A stretch of 64,000 nt of DNA. Origin: a virus. Lineage: Duplodnaviria; Caudoviricetes. Both the position numbers and the translations under genes were made by a program. The stretch lies in the IMG/VR virus record IMGVR_UViG_3300014205_000174; one strand, given 5' to 3'. The notes under the pieces were generated by a model. The model searched no databases. It was not told where the DNA came from and worked only from the letters and a program-made list of their open reading frames with translations. Positions 10,130 to 21,343 of this stretch are shown here, one piece after another (positions within the stretch are counted from its first letter, which is position 1; every line of letters begins with the position of its first letter).

Positions 10130-11407
10130 TTAGCTTTTGGAGAGCGGGTTTAGGTTAGAGACCCTCCTTGGACGAACTACAACGCCCTGTATCCCATCGG
10201 CAAATGCGTTAGGGAATACCTTTCTGATAATATTGCCACTGCCATTACAGTCGGCATTAATCAACAAGCCATCTTTGCTCACAAACAAACCGCGCTTCAC
10301 CCGCTTACCAAGGTATTTATCCTGATGTTGTACCGGTTCATTGTCGATGAAGCTGCATTTGCTGGTGTGTGACTCTTCAACAAGAATCACGTCTATACCA
10401 ACCATATCAGCCTTGTACTGCAACATACCGACGAATCTCGCATGCGGAATCTGCACGAAGTTCTGGTTGTTTTTATCGCCGAGGTTGATTTGCTGCTTCC
10501 AGCCGATGTTCTTGCCAATAACCAGCGTTCCGATGTCGTTACTCACCAGGTGCTGCACAATGTACTTGCTTGCGCAATGCAGGTAATGGTCAATCTTGCT
10601 GTTGCGCTTTTCGGTCATCCGTCTGATTCTCTTTGATGTGCCAGTGCCAATAAGCGATTTCAGTCTTGCCAGTTTTTTGTTATAATAAGCGTTGATGCTC
10701 TTTAGCGCCCTGCCGTTAATGAGTAAGGGTGTCACCCCCTCTGCATTTGATGTTACAGCCGCAAGGTTGTCTACGCCGATATCTATGCCCGCTATGTTTT
10801 GTTTGAGCAGGCTTCGTATTACCTCCTTTGGTTTAATGTATACTATTTCTATTGTATAAAACCCGCATTCAGGCACTATGCGTACCTGCTGTATATTCTT
10901 TTGCTTTGTTGGTATTCTTATCATAGTGCCCGATAAGGATACGATGCTTTTCTCTAACGCCGTCTTTGATATAGCCTGTATGGTATAGGTGAGCACGTTG
11001 CGCCCATGGGCTTTGTCCTTATACTTAGGCAGGGCTGGCTGTCCGGTAAACTTATCCTTATTGGCCGACCATACCTTAATGGCGGTAAAGAATGACTTCC
11101 AGTTTTTATCAAGCAGCATTAATACCTGCTGGCTGACCTTGGCGGGGAGCGCCGTGTAGTCCGATTGCTTCTCATTCTGTAGCTGCTTTTGCAGGTCGCT
11201 GTACCGGAGCCAGAGCGCATGCTCCCGCTTGCCTTCCAGTTTCTCTTTACCGCTATCAATAAACAACTGACGGATACGGTAATTAGCGGCATTATACAGA
11301 TTCTTGGACAGAAAGCACAACCTGTCTATTTCTTCGAAATGAACATGACCGGCACCTATCTTATGCCGCTCAACCAATGTTATGCTATTCCCGCTTTTAT
11401 CCTTCAT
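10130..11407 (-). CDS. tnpB: IS200/IS605-family TnpB RNA-guided endonuclease (no tnpA nearby)
   Basis: SKNLYNAANY, GIDIGVDNL (RuvC-I), EESHTSKCS, INADCNGSGNI (RuvC-III); TATATTTG promoter at 11420-11427 favours ATG 11407. Confidence 0.9.
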   Translation of the reverse strand: MKDKSGNSITLVERHKIGAGHVHFEEIDRLCFLSKNLYNAANYRIRQLFIDSGKEKLEGKREHALWLRYSDLQKQLQNEKQSDYTALPAKVSQQVLMLLDKNWKSFFTAIKVWSANKDKFTGQPALPKYKDKAHGRNVLTYTIQAISKTALEKSIVSLSGTMIRIPTKQKNIQQVRIVPECGFYTIEIVYIKPKEVIRSLLKQNIAGIDIGVDNLAAVTSNAEGVTPLLINGRALKSINAYYNKKLARLKSLIGTGTSKRIRRMTEKRNSKIDHYLHCASKYIVQHLVSNDIGTLVIGKNIGWKQQINLGDKNNQNFVQIPHARFVGMLQYKADMVGIDVILVEESHTSKCSFIDNEPVQHQDKYLGKRVKRGLFVSKDGLLINADCNGSGNIIRKVFPNAFADGIQGVVVRPRRVSNLNPLSKS

Positions 11408-11433
11408 GTTGCAATACATCAAATATACAAAAT

Positions 11434-11450
11434 CCGGCACGATTGTTGCA
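11434..11450 (+). promoter_or_regulatory. sigma54-type promoter
   Basis: CCGGCACGATTGTTGCA heading the 11524-15099 gene block. Confidence 0.7.
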
Positions 11451-11523
11451 GATTTATACTAAAAGAATTCGTTTAATTACTTTGCTATTATTTTCTATAA
11501 ATATGTTTAATGGATGCAGGACT

Positions 11524-11793
11524 ATGTTTTACAAACCGATATACCGGAAGTCGAATTACAGGGTAAAGGAAAAATTTGCATGGCTACCTACGCAGGCTTA
11601 TGAAAAGCTTAATGATGACTCCGGGCAGCCTGGCAAGTGGGTGCATATATGGTTCAAGCCGTACTACATTATCCAGCAGCAAAAGAAATCCCTGTTTGGC
11701 GATATGACATGGGCGTACAAGACCGGGGATTACCTGCATAAAGCAGATGCCGAGGCGACCATGGCAACCATTATTGACAATAAAAACGTGTAA
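11524..11793 (+). CDS. hypothetical phage protein
   Basis: KFAWLPT...WxWxxxY pattern. Confidence 0.6.
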   Translation: MFYKPIYRKSNYRVKEKFAWLPTQAYEKLNDDSGQPGKWVHIWFKPYYIIQQQKKSLFGDMTWAYKTGDYLHKADAEATMATIIDNKNV

Positions 11794-11796
11794 CTG

Positions 11797-12006
11797 ATGG
11801 AATTACTCCCGGAAATATTACTTCGCATCTGCTTTGGGGCGTGCTTGTACCTGATGCTCAATACAGCGGTTAAGCAGCATCTTGCAGCAGGTACCATACC
11901 TACATATTACAAGCTGGTATTCACTTCGACGAAGTTGTTTTGCCTGCATCTATTGCTTGTGGGGTTGTCGGTGTATTGCGCGGTTACTATCGATATTATT
12001 AATTAA
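11797..12006 (+). CDS. small membrane protein
   Basis: Two hydrophobic segments. Confidence 0.55.
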   Translation: MELLPEILLRICFGACLYLMLNTAVKQHLAAGTIPTYYKLVFTSTKLFCLHLLLVGLSVYCAVTIDIIN

Positions 12007-12027
12007 ATCATAATTCAAACAAAACTA

Positions 12028-12420
12028 ATGATAGTCGCAAAAGAACTGAGAATAGGGAATAAGATATTTAACGGAACTGTTGTAGCGACAGGGCCTGACT
12101 ACTTTATTTTTGACGATGGCTTTACTAAGTGGGATAGTCGAAAACTGACAGATGGCAGCATTGAGCCTATTGAGCTAACACCTGAACTACTGCGAAATTG
12201 TCCGCAAGCATACGGTAAAAACTTTTTTGAATTAACGTCACTTGGAGAGGGCATCTATCTGTGTGTTGAGGAAGAGGGCATTTATTTTCAGTCGGAGCCG
12301 GCAGACTCTGTAGAGACGCACAGAACCAAGATAGATATTAAGTACCTGCATCAGTTCCAGAATCTTTACTTTGCACTTACCGGTACAGAGCTGGAGGTGG
12401 TTTTTAATAAAACACCATGA
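12028..12420 (+). CDS. ELRxGN...HQLQNL family phage protein (copy 2)
   Basis: ELRIGN...IELTPE...KYLHQFQNLYFALTGTEL. Confidence 0.75.
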   Translation: MIVAKELRIGNKIFNGTVVATGPDYFIFDDGFTKWDSRKLTDGSIEPIELTPELLRNCPQAYGKNFFELTSLGEGIYLCVEEEGIYFQSEPADSVETHRTKIDIKYLHQFQNLYFALTGTELEVVFNKTP

Positions 12421-12800
12421 AAAAAGAAGAATTAAGGGTAGGCAACAAGGTGCTTTATAAGGGCCGAAAAAACATACTCATAGATGAGGTGAAGGAAATT
12501 CACACCGCATCTGTGCGCTTGTGCATGAATCCGCTTGCCATTTATAGTTATGCTGACCTTAAACCGATACGGCTTACAAACAAACTACTGAAGAAATGCG
12601 GATTCTGGAGACAGTTTACCGGTGAGTACGTCTTCCTGGGGGATGGGCCGATGGAATTCTATTTTCACAATAAGGAGTTTTTTATTTCCGGAAGCGGGAA
12701 TTTTGATGAAAAAAAATACAAAGTAAACATTCAATATCTGCACCAGCTACAGAATCTATATTATATGCTTTGCGGAACAGAATTGGAGGTAAAGTTTTAA
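12417..12800 (+). CDS. ELRxGN...HQLQNL family phage protein (copy 3)
   Basis: ELRVGN...PIRLT...YLHQLQNLYY..GTEL. Confidence 0.75.
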   Translation: MKKEELRVGNKVLYKGRKNILIDEVKEIHTASVRLCMNPLAIYSYADLKPIRLTNKLLKKCGFWRQFTGEYVFLGDGPMEFYFHNKEFFISGSGNFDEKKYKVNIQYLHQLQNLYYMLCGTELEVKF

Positions 12801-12814
12801 TAAACCATTACATT

Positions 12815-15099
12815 ATGAAAAATATACCGCAGTATATTGCATATACAATAGTGGATGGAGAAAAGAGATACTTCCTGGAATCTTTAAGAACGGAAGAGGC
12901 TGATGTTATTTACTGGATAAACGACATGTACGACTACCAAGTAGAGCCAGTTTTAGTTACGATAAAGCCACAAAAGAAATCATAATTTCTAATTTTATAC
13001 TATGAAAGCAATATACAAAGACGCGAACGGATTAAACATGACCGTGAATATCCTGCAAATAGATTCGTTTGATGCCGTTTTTTTTGAAATTGAAATGGAA
13101 CCGCAGCAATTAGCGCAGGCCCATATAGAGGCCTTGCCTATGGGAGCATCGTTGCGCAAAGACAGCAACATTCTTATTTTACCAAAATCATATCTAATAC
13201 GAGTACTAAGATATAACTAACATGATGGAAGCTGCCGCCAGAGACAGAACATTACGCACACTGCTCAAATGGGTAAAGAGCGGAGAGACTTACAGAATGT
13301 CAAATACTATGGCCATTAAGTTGTTTCCTGCTATCATTGATTTACCAAATCGTATAGTAATTTCTGTGCCAGACAGGCTGAATGAGTTTGCAATATACAA
13401 TGATATAGAATGCGAATGGGACAACCAATTTATGGAGTATCATTTTAAAATATCAGAGGAAAAATGAGAAAACCAGTAGTCCTGAAATTAAAAAATTGCC
13501 GAACTTGCGGTGGGTGCTGGGCCTATGACGATAGCGCCGGTAATAAATTCAGCGCTAATTGCGTTTTAGGATTTAAGGTTGAGCAGCTACCGCCAGGTAA
13601 TCGGCCATCGGCCAGAATGGGAGGAGGAGATTACTGGACTTTCATTTGCAAGCCAGCAGAGCCCTGCCTGAAGCCATTAACCAGCAGGGAATATGTAGCG
13701 GCCATGAATTTTAAAATCGCCCAAAATAAGGAAAATAGCAAATTACCAACATCATGAAAAAATATAAGGAACCAACCGAATACAGGAATACCGGAGGTGA
13801 CAAACAGTCATTTGTAGTTGGTTACATTGGCCTCCCGGATATGCAATACCGGGATGTTCCCGTTTTGGCGTTCGACACAATAGAAGCCCGTAGCCTTGCG
13901 GATATAGAGTTGTTGGGTATTTATGGCATGGATAACTTCGACTGCCTTGGCGTTTGGGAAGGACTTACACATAATTTATTAGCCACATTACCAGACCAAC
14001 AGAACTAACAATGAAACTACTAAGCAAAGAGAGCAACTTCGTTATTTTTATCCGCCAATTGTACCTGCGCCTGCATATTGGGCTGGGCATTATCTTTGGC
14101 CGTAAAAATAATTTCTTCATCTGCTCAATCTCCCAGGACAACTTGGAGAACATGATAAAAGCCGACATGGCCGGCGATGGAGATTATAGTAAAGTTGAAA
14201 TCGAATTCACCTACCATAGGCTCCAGCCGTACAACGTCTATAAGATGGTGGAAATAATTTACGACCAAAGTGACGAAATCGATATGGCCCTGCATAAAGC
14301 TGAATACGAGGCAAATGCGGAGTTAAGAAAAAGACCATAGTATAAAAGCGAAAACAATTATGAAAACAGCGATAGAGCAATGCATTGATAAAATTAAGGA
14401 AAGGCAGTCGCAGTGCGATGGTAAGCCTAATGCGTATTCTGAATTGCAATTTGTTTTGGATATACTAACCGAACTGCTGAGTGTCGAAAAGGGGCAGATT
14501 TTAAACGCCTTTAACGCAGGTAGCGATAATGCATCGTGTGACGGAGATGGGTGTAAGGTCGCGGCGGATAGTTGGGACTTCGATAATTACTTCACGGAAA
14601 CATACGCTATAAAATAGCGATAGATAAAAACAACCATCATGAAAACAGCATTACAGACACTAAAATCAGAGTGTACAGAAACAGTGAATTCAGGTGCTGC
14701 TTCCACAGCATACAGAAATGCCATGCAGGATATCGTCAATAGAATTAACCAGCTTCTCCCAGTAGAGCAAGACCAAATTGAGTCGGCTTTTTTAACTGGA
14801 TGCACGGAATGGACAGGCATTAATTCCCTTGACATACCCGCTTCGAAGGATTACTATATAGACAATTTCATTACGCCAAATATCGAAAACCCATCCGCAT
14901 GATTCATTATAACCAACAGCAGCAGCACCTATTTGATACCGGCCAGTTTGTACCTATATCGGACGAATACGGTCGGGTAATAAGGTTTGAGCAAAGGGGA
15001 GAGCCCATAATTCTCAATGGCAGGTTACAGGGGCATAGGGTACACGTCTTCGACAAGCCTATTATACATAACGGCAGATGTCTAGGATTCCGGGAGTAG
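12815..15099 (+). other. run of nine small hypothetical phage genes (12815-12985, 13002-13220, 13222-13467, 13464-13757, 13754-14008, 14011-14340, 14360-14617, 14639-14902, 14899-15099)
   Basis: Abutting or overlapping ORFs on one strand; 14360 and 14639 are paralogues (MKTA...LLxVExxQIxxAF). Confidence 0.6.
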
Positions 15100-15105
15100 T
15101 GACCT

Positions 15106-15501
15106 TTAGAAAAAACAACTCTTCAGCGGCCCGAAAGCAGCATCTATAATATCCTTGCATGCATCAAAGCCATAACCCACCTGCGCATCCTGGCCATTGT
15201 TTATCAGGCCCGATATCCAACCTTCCTGTTCTTTTGACAATTCACCGGTAATAGTCTTCACCTCCAGGTATAACACCTCCCCTTTATAAACAAAGTAAAA
15301 ATCCGGGAATCCCTTACTTAGATTAAGGCCCAGCTTCTTGGCTTTATACTTTTCGAAATCGCTTCTTTTCCCCTCCAGCGGCGCGTGCATAATCAGTATG
15401 CCTGGGTAAGCAAGGCCCACATACGTAATAATGCTCGAATGAATTATATCTTCTTCGGAAAGAAACTTGTCGTATGGATTTACCCTTGTTGCCCGTCTCA
15501 T
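15106..15501 (-). CDS. VRR-NUC domain (PD-(D/E)xK) nuclease
   Basis: SEEDI...KGFPDF...LEVKT..GELSKEQ. Confidence 0.85.
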   Translation of the reverse strand: MRRATRVNPYDKFLSEEDIIHSSIITYVGLAYPGILIMHAPLEGKRSDFEKYKAKKLGLNLSKGFPDFYFVYKGEVLYLEVKTITGELSKEQEGWISGLINNGQDAQVGYGFDACKDIIDAAFGPLKSCFF

Positions 15502-15506
15502 GTAAC

Positions 15507-15854
15507 CTATGCCAATTCTTTATTCCTTGTGAAAATTAGGTTTATCCTGCTCTGTGTTATTAATATGTCGGCTCCGAACTCCTGCTCGAACTTATAGTAA
15601 TGCCCGCACACCGTCCCAGCAAACTTAACGGGCCTGCGGAAATATTCATACGACGTATTCTCATCAAAATATTCCGGCAAAGTGCAATGTACTGTTGCGT
15701 AATCAATATCACACTTGGCCCTGTCGTACTCATCCTTCATTTCCCGAAAGTCTGCATCAGAGCCTCCAACGTCCGGGTGTAGCCTTTTAGACCAGTGCCG
15801 ATATTCGCTTTGCAACTGGTCGTGCGTATGGCAGTTTGCGAAGTACTTGCCCAT
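15507..15854 (-). CDS. J-domain-containing protein
   Basis: YRHWSKRLHPDVGG...FREMKDEY (HPD motif). Confidence 0.8.
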   Translation of the reverse strand: MGKYFANCHTHDQLQSEYRHWSKRLHPDVGGSDADFREMKDEYDRAKCDIDYATVHCTLPEYFDENTSYEYFRRPVKFAGTVCGHYYKFEQEFGADILITQSRINLIFTRNKELA

Positions 15855-16303
15855 TACCCGTAAATATGCTTCAATAATACATCAACATGGCAAGGGAAAT
15901 GATTGCCAGCGTCATCCGTCAACTTACACCAGCACGCAAGATTATAGCCTTCCAGTTCATCTATCATATCCTGCACAGTAAACGGACATGGGATTACATT
16001 GTATGGATTTTTACCGGCAATCCAGTCCGCGTATAGTTCAATGGCGCGTTTCTGCGCCGCATCGCTACTTACAGCGTCTTCAAGAAAAAGAAACGGCTCC
16101 CCGCGATGGGAGGCATCACCATATATTTTCCCTTTAAATAACCTGAATGGATTGCCGAACTTAGTGGGTCGGCCAACGTACACTGTATTAGGCGGTTTCT
16201 TCCAGCCGCTCTTCCTGCTCCTTACTTCCCTTATTCCTTTCTGCATTTCCTGTTCTCTATTTTTTTGGCAACTACCGACCTGTTTTAGGTCAGTAGGTAC
16301 CAT
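15854..16303 (-). CDS. DUF4326 family protein
   Basis: VYVGRPTKFGNPF...LACWC...CHVDVL. Confidence 0.85.
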   Translation of the reverse strand: MVPTDLKQVGSCQKNREQEMQKGIREVRSRKSGWKKPPNTVYVGRPTKFGNPFRLFKGKIYGDASHRGEPFLFLEDAVSSDAAQKRAIELYADWIAGKNPYNVIPCPFTVQDMIDELEGYNLACWCKLTDDAGNHFPCHVDVLLKHIYG

Positions 16304-16312
16304 TGTTTTTTA

Positions 16313-17095
16313 TCAAATAACCAACCACCCTTCACAATACATATCCTGCGCAGATAGCACGCACTGAGGCATGAACCACTTTTCTGGCGCTATTACCTTT
16401 TTGTTTTGATTAGCATTAAACCATGCCCCCCACCAGGAAAAGGCACTGTTTGCTATGATATTATTGGCTCCCATCGTAAGCAAGGTCAGGTCATCTAGCT
16501 CCTCTGTAAATGGCGAGTAAAATATATTATCTCCGGAAAAGTTCTCTTTAACCCAGTCCATGTCTTTGTCGTATGCAACAAAAACAAAATTATTACCCGG
16601 CAATAATGCCATTGCCCTTTCGTAATAGTCTTTGTCGCAGATATAATAGATATCAGGAAACTGTAAATAATCTCCACGGCGGATATGAACGGTAGTAATT
16701 GGCTTATCTGTACCCACTGAATCAAAGTACTGCTGAATCTTCGTCTTAGTCTCCGGGTCAAAGTAAAACAAATTCCTGATATGCTCTTTGCAGTCACTGA
16801 AGTATTTTTCCGACTGGAAATACCCTTCCAGCACGATGTTATCCAAAAAAGGAATAGCATCATACGTGAATTTAGGCTCCTTGTAGATATTAGCACCGTC
16901 CAGCGAAATAGATGCGGACTTTATATTCAGATAAAAATTGTCCCTGTACTTCTCTGCCGCGTTGCCCTGGAGCTCCGTGCTGCATTTTTCAAGGTCAAAT
17001 ACCGCTTCTGTATTATTCCTTAATGCAAGTGCAATCGCGGCGGCCATCATGAAAATCTGGTTTCCAAGTCCGCCCATTAGTTTTGCCGATGTCAT
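16313..17095 (-). CDS. alpha-1,2-fucosyltransferase (GT11)
   Basis: GGLGNQIF, GYFQSEKYF, VHIRRGDY, NSAFSWWGAW. Confidence 0.92.
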   Translation of the reverse strand: MTSAKLMGGLGNQIFMMAAAIALALRNNTEAVFDLEKCSTELQGNAAEKYRDNFYLNIKSASISLDGANIYKEPKFTYDAIPFLDNIVLEGYFQSEKYFSDCKEHIRNLFYFDPETKTKIQQYFDSVGTDKPITTVHIRRGDYLQFPDIYYICDKDYYERAMALLPGNNFVFVAYDKDMDWVKENFSGDNIFYSPFTEELDDLTLLTMGANNIIANSAFSWWGAWFNANQNKKVIAPEKWFMPQCVLSAQDMYCEGWLVI

Positions 17096-17097
17096 TC

Positions 17098-18006
17098 TTA
17101 AATTTTTGTTTGACTTTTTATTATTTCAGTTAATCCTTGCTTCAGTGTATATGCTGGTTTCCACCCCATTTTCATAATACGGGTATTATCCATTATCTTT
17201 CTCATCGTCCCGTCCGGCTTAGTGGTATCGTATTGTATCTTACAATCGTCCATGCCTAATATATTAAGTATCATTTCCGCAAGGCCCGTTATTGATATCT
17301 CGCAACCGGTGCCTACATTTATATGGCCGGGGTCATTATAATTTTTCATTAAAAACACGCACGCCGATGCCAAATCATCCACATGCATAAATTCCCGGTA
17401 TGGCCGTCCGCTCCCCCACAATACATAATCCCCGCCCAGAAACTTTTTAATAAGCGCCGGTATAACATGTGAATTTTGCAAATGATAGGTGTCGCCAGGG
17501 CCATATAGATTACAGGGCATTGCTGATATAAAGTTGCTTTTGTATTGCGCCCTGTAGGCGTCACACATTTTAATACCCGCTATTTTCGCTATCGCATAGG
17601 TGTCATTAGTTGGTTCAAGAGGCCCGGTAAGCAGGTATTCCTCTTTGATAGGCTGTGGACAATCTTTGGGATATATGCAGCTACTCCCTAAAAACAATAG
17701 CTTTTTTACACCGTACAACCTCGATGCCTCGATAATATTGGCCTGTATCATAAGGTTATCATACAAAAAATCAGCCTTATATGTACTATTAGCAAGTATG
17801 CCTCCGACCTTTGCCGCCGCTAAGAATACATACTCATACCCCCCTGAATCAAAAGCGTCATTCACATCAGCTTGCTTTCTAAGGTCTAGCTCTTTACTGG
17901 AGAACCCAAATATATTAGTATACCCCTCACTGGTAAGATGCCGCTTTATTGCAGCGCCCACCATGCCATTTATCCCGGCTATGTATATCCGGCTATCCTT
18001 TTCCAT
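17098..18006 (-). CDS. fcl: GDP-L-fucose synthase
   Basis: [41 protein letters not shown]. Confidence 0.95.
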   Translation of the reverse strand: MEKDSRIYIAGINGMVGAAIKRHLTSEGYTNIFGFSSKELDLRKQADVNDAFDSGGYEYVFLAAAKVGGILANSTYKADFLYDNLMIQANIIEASRLYGVKKLLFLGSSCIYPKDCPQPIKEEYLLTGPLEPTNDTYAIAKIAGIKMCDAYRAQYKSNFISAMPCNLYGPGDTYHLQNSHVIPALIKKFLGGDYVLWGSGRPYREFMHVDDLASACVFLMKNYNDPGHINVGTGCEISITGLAEMILNILGMDDCKIQYDTTKPDGTMRKIMDNTRIMKMGWKPAYTLKQGLTEIIKSQTKI

Positions 18007-19033
18007 AAATTTTCATATCACTTTGAACCATTTCTTTTATAATACCAGCAAGGTCATACGCTGGTTTCCATCCCAGCACTTTCCTTGCTTTAGTTGAATC
18101 ACCAATAAGTAAGTCTACCTCCGCCGGCCTAAAATAACGCGGGTCTACTTCCACGACCGATTTACCCGTATTTATATCTACACCTACTTCATTTAGGCCC
18201 TCGTCACTGAATGCCAGCTTTATGCCAGCTTGACCAAATGCCATTATAGCAAAGTCCCTTACCGATGTAGTTATACCAGTGGATATCACATAATCGTCGG
18301 CTATATCCTGCTGAAGCATCAGCCACATGGCCATTACATAGTCTTTTGCGTGTCCCCAGTCCCTCTTTGCGTCAAGATTGCCCAGCCATAACTTCTCTTC
18401 TATACCTAATGCAATCTTTGCTGCCGCTATGGTTATTTTACGGGTAACGAAGGTTTCCCCTCGTCTAGGGGATTCATGGTTAAATAATATCCCATTACAT
18501 GCAAACAGGCCGTAAGACTCTCTATAATTAACCGTTAGCTGGTGAGCAAAGACCTTCGCAACAGCATATGGTGACCTCGGATAAAATGGAGTATTTTCAG
18601 TCTGTGGTGTTTGTTGTACTTTCCCATACTGCTCTGAAGACGATGCCTGGTAATACTTGATTTCATTCATTCTTCCGGAATTCCTGATAGCCTCCAATAG
18701 GCGCAATGTACCCATTGCCGCAACATCTGCCGTATACTCCGGAATCTCAAAACTAACTTTAACGTGACTCATTGCCGCCAGATTATATACCTCATCCGGC
18801 TTTAATTCTGTTATAAGCCGGAATAAGCTTGCGCCATCTGTCATGTCGCCGTAATGCATATGAAAATCACCCGCCTGGTGCGGGTCTATATATACCTGGT
18901 CAATACGCTCTGTATTTATTAAAGATGTCCTCCTCTTAAGGCCATGTACAGTGTATCCCTTACTTAATAAAAGCTCCACAAGATAACTTGCGGTTTGTCC
19001 CGTAACACCTGTAATAAATGCTATTTTGCCCAT
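17993..19033 (-). CDS. gmd: GDP-mannose 4,6-dehydratase
   Basis: [55 protein letters not shown]. Confidence 0.97.
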   Translation of the reverse strand: MGKIAFITGVTGQTASYLVELLLSKGYTVHGLKRRTSLINTERIDQVYIDPHQAGDFHMHYGDMTDGASLFRLITELKPDEVYNLAAMSHVKVSFEIPEYTADVAAMGTLRLLEAIRNSGRMNEIKYYQASSSEQYGKVQQTPQTENTPFYPRSPYAVAKVFAHQLTVNYRESYGLFACNGILFNHESPRRGETFVTRKITIAAAKIALGIEEKLWLGNLDAKRDWGHAKDYVMAMWLMLQQDIADDYVISTGITTSVRDFAIMAFGQAGIKLAFSDEGLNEVGVDINTGKSVVEVDPRYFRPAEVDLLIGDSTKARKVLGWKPAYDLAGIIKEMVQSDMKIYGKG

Positions 19034-19055
19034 GCGCCGTATTTGTTTTTTAAAC

Positions 19056-19595
19056 TTATAAAATCAAATCCTCGTCTTTGTTGTACATTAAATTCGGTCG
19101 TTTGTTGTATGTATCCGAACTGTGCTTGTCCGGAAAACTACTTTTTTGTTCCCCACCTGGCCTCTTACTATCCCGCCTATCTACCCACCTCGTCTCGTCA
19201 ATTTCCTGCGCAATGCCGGCCCTGAATAAGTCCAGCCCGAATACTGGCACATGGAAGAACTCTTTGCGCAGATAATCAACAATTACGTAGGAAGCCATGT
19301 CTATATGCTCTATCAGGTGCTGGATATACTCATCGAGCTTAAAGTCACCATCCTCTTCAAATTTCTCACCCATAAGAGAAAACAACCGCTTCACAATATC
19401 TATGTCAATTTTAGTCAGCGGTTTCATGAACATCACACACTGCCTGTCAATAACCGCATGCATGGTCTTCAGGCCCACGCGGCCTATACGCCAGCCTCCA
19501 TCCTTTGCCTTATACTTACACGGACACCCCCAATACTTGCCGTATATCTTCTCCAGCGTGAATGGGTATATTTTTTCGCTTATGTTGGTTATCAT
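19056..19595 (-). CDS. hypothetical protein
   Basis: 179-aa ORF. Confidence 0.65.
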   Translation of the reverse strand: MITNISEKIYPFTLEKIYGKYWGCPCKYKAKDGGWRIGRVGLKTMHAVIDRQCVMFMKPLTKIDIDIVKRLFSLMGEKFEEDGDFKLDEYIQHLIEHIDMASYVIVDYLRKEFFHVPVFGLDLFRAGIAQEIDETRWVDRRDSKRPGGEQKSSFPDKHSSDTYNKRPNLMYNKDEDLIL

Positions 19596-19626
19596 TGACG
19601 ATTGTATATTTAATTGAAAACTTTTC

Positions 19627-20007
19627 TCATGGGTGTGGTATTGAATTTGCGAGGTTTAGTAAGTTTTTTCTATATTTCTCAAGTGCGCGACAAAGTGCCA
19701 CGAGTGCATTATCTTCTTTGTGCTCGTAAGCGTAGATTTCATACTGCGGGTTCATGGCATTGGTATTGGCGCTGTGGCAAATATTAAGTTTTCCAATATC
19801 GCCGAAAGATACCGACTTCCCATTATCAACTGCGTCAAGGCAGTATCCGGAGCGGCTTTTAAATCTTACCGACTTTCTTTTTATCTTCTTGTCACCCATG
19901 ATGTACGAAAACTTAACTAGGCAAATATCTACCGGTATGCGCCTATTATCTAGCTTGCGGTCTATAGTGAACTCTGTAAAATCTGTTACCTGTGCGCTAT
20001 TTTCCAT
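19627..20007 (-). CDS. hypothetical protein
   Basis: 126-aa ORF. Confidence 0.6.
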   Translation of the reverse strand: MENSAQVTDFTEFTIDRKLDNRRIPVDICLVKFSYIMGDKKIKRKSVRFKSRSGYCLDAVDNGKSVSFGDIGKLNICHSANTNAMNPQYEIYAYEHKEDNALVALCRALEKYRKNLLNLANSIPHP

Positions 20008-20028
20008 ATCTTATGCTTTTTTGTTTTT

Positions 20029-20469
20029 TTATAATCCACCATCCCTTGCATTGCGCCTTGCTCTATAACCTCCGTCAAGCGGGTGTAGCATTCGCTCATA
20101 CCTTCTATGCATGGCACCGGCGTCAACACGCTTCCCTTTCGGCTCTGTAATGATGGGTGCAATATTTGTTGGAATGGCAAACCCATTGTACAGAGCAAAT
20201 TCAATTTTCCCATCCTCTTCAGGGAAAGCCCAGTACAATCCCGGATGAATTGGAATAACCTTGGCAAATTTCCAAGCTAATTCAGCATCCCACCAAGCGT
20301 TCCACATAAGGTTACCACCAGCGTGACGCATTGCGTATGTCATTTTAAAGGGTGGCCGGACATCACCTTCCCGTATTTCTTTTACACCGTTAATGCTTCT
20401 TATAAGATATCCCTTGTTTGCCATACTAAAACATAATTCTGGTAAAATATTAAACTCCCTGTTTTCCAA
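20029..20469 (-). CDS. hypothetical protein
   Basis: 146-aa ORF. Confidence 0.6.
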   Translation of the reverse strand: MENREFNILPELCFSMANKGYLIRSINGVKEIREGDVRPPFKMTYAMRHAGGNLMWNAWWDAELAWKFAKVIPIHPGLYWAFPEEDGKIEFALYNGFAIPTNIAPIITEPKGKRVDAGAMHRRYERMLHPLDGGYRARRNARDGGL

Positions 20470-20473
20470 CTTG

Positions 20474-21343
20474 TTAAGTTTCTAACATCATTTTTGCCAA
20501 ATCCCTGAATGAAGTTTTTGGTTTCCATCCTAAAGAAAAAATTAATGACGGGTCTGAAATAAGAATTTTATAATCTGAAGTAGGGTTTTCCTCCGGCAAA
20601 TAATAATCCTGCCAATTCTTACCAATCAAATCAAAACATGTAATCAGCCATTCTTTTATCGAAAAAACTTCCCCGGAACTTATGTTTGCTTCAAAGATGT
20701 TGTCCTGGTGCACCAATGTAAATATACCTTCTACTATATCACCAGCAAACGTCCATTCCTTTTTAACCTCTATATCTCTTATTACTATTTTTTCATCGCT
20801 CCCTTTAGCAATTCTCTGCACTGCATTGGTTATTTTTTTACTGATGAACCGTTCTTGCCGCAAAGGGCTTTCATGATGAAAAAAATAGCCGAAATAAACC
20901 TTTATCCCCAACGTTCTATAATACCTTGCAATATAAGCAGATTGTATTCTATTGACACAATAATTATTGGTTGGCATAAAAGAATCTGTTTCTTTTATGG
21001 GCAATCCCTTATTTACAAATTGCAGCCCGCTCCCGGAAAAAAAGACCTTAGTATTTGGTGATATGTTTTTTACTGCTTCTAATATATTCAGCGAGCCTGC
21101 GCTTATTGTATTGTGGTTTTCAAACAATGCTTCATGAACCATAGATGAGTTTGCAGCAAAATTGAATATATAGTCTGGTTTATATTGGTTTATTAAATCA
21201 GCAACTTCATCGTATTTGCTTATATCAGTATGCAGCCAATCACCAGAACGCGACACGCCTATCACCTCTATGTTTTTGGTTTTTAATAAGGCATTCATAT
21301 AAAAACCATCTTGCCCGTTGATACCGATAATTATAGCATTCAT
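20474..21343 (-). CDS. second GDP-mannose dehydratase-like NAD-dependent epimerase/dehydratase
   Basis: GINGQDG, HESPLR..FISKKIT; catalytic YxxxK appears as YCVNR. Confidence 0.8.
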   Translation of the reverse strand: MNAIIIGINGQDGFYMNALLKTKNIEVIGVSRSGDWLHTDISKYDEVADLINQYKPDYIFNFAANSSMVHEALFENHNTISAGSLNILEAVKNISPNTKVFFSGSGLQFVNKGLPIKETDSFMPTNNYCVNRIQSAYIARYYRTLGIKVYFGYFFHHESPLRQERFISKKITNAVQRIAKGSDEKIVIRDIEVKKEWTFAGDIVEGIFTLVHQDNIFEANISSGEVFSIKEWLITCFDLIGKNWQDYYLPEENPTSDYKILISDPSLIFSLGWKPKTSFRDLAKMMLET

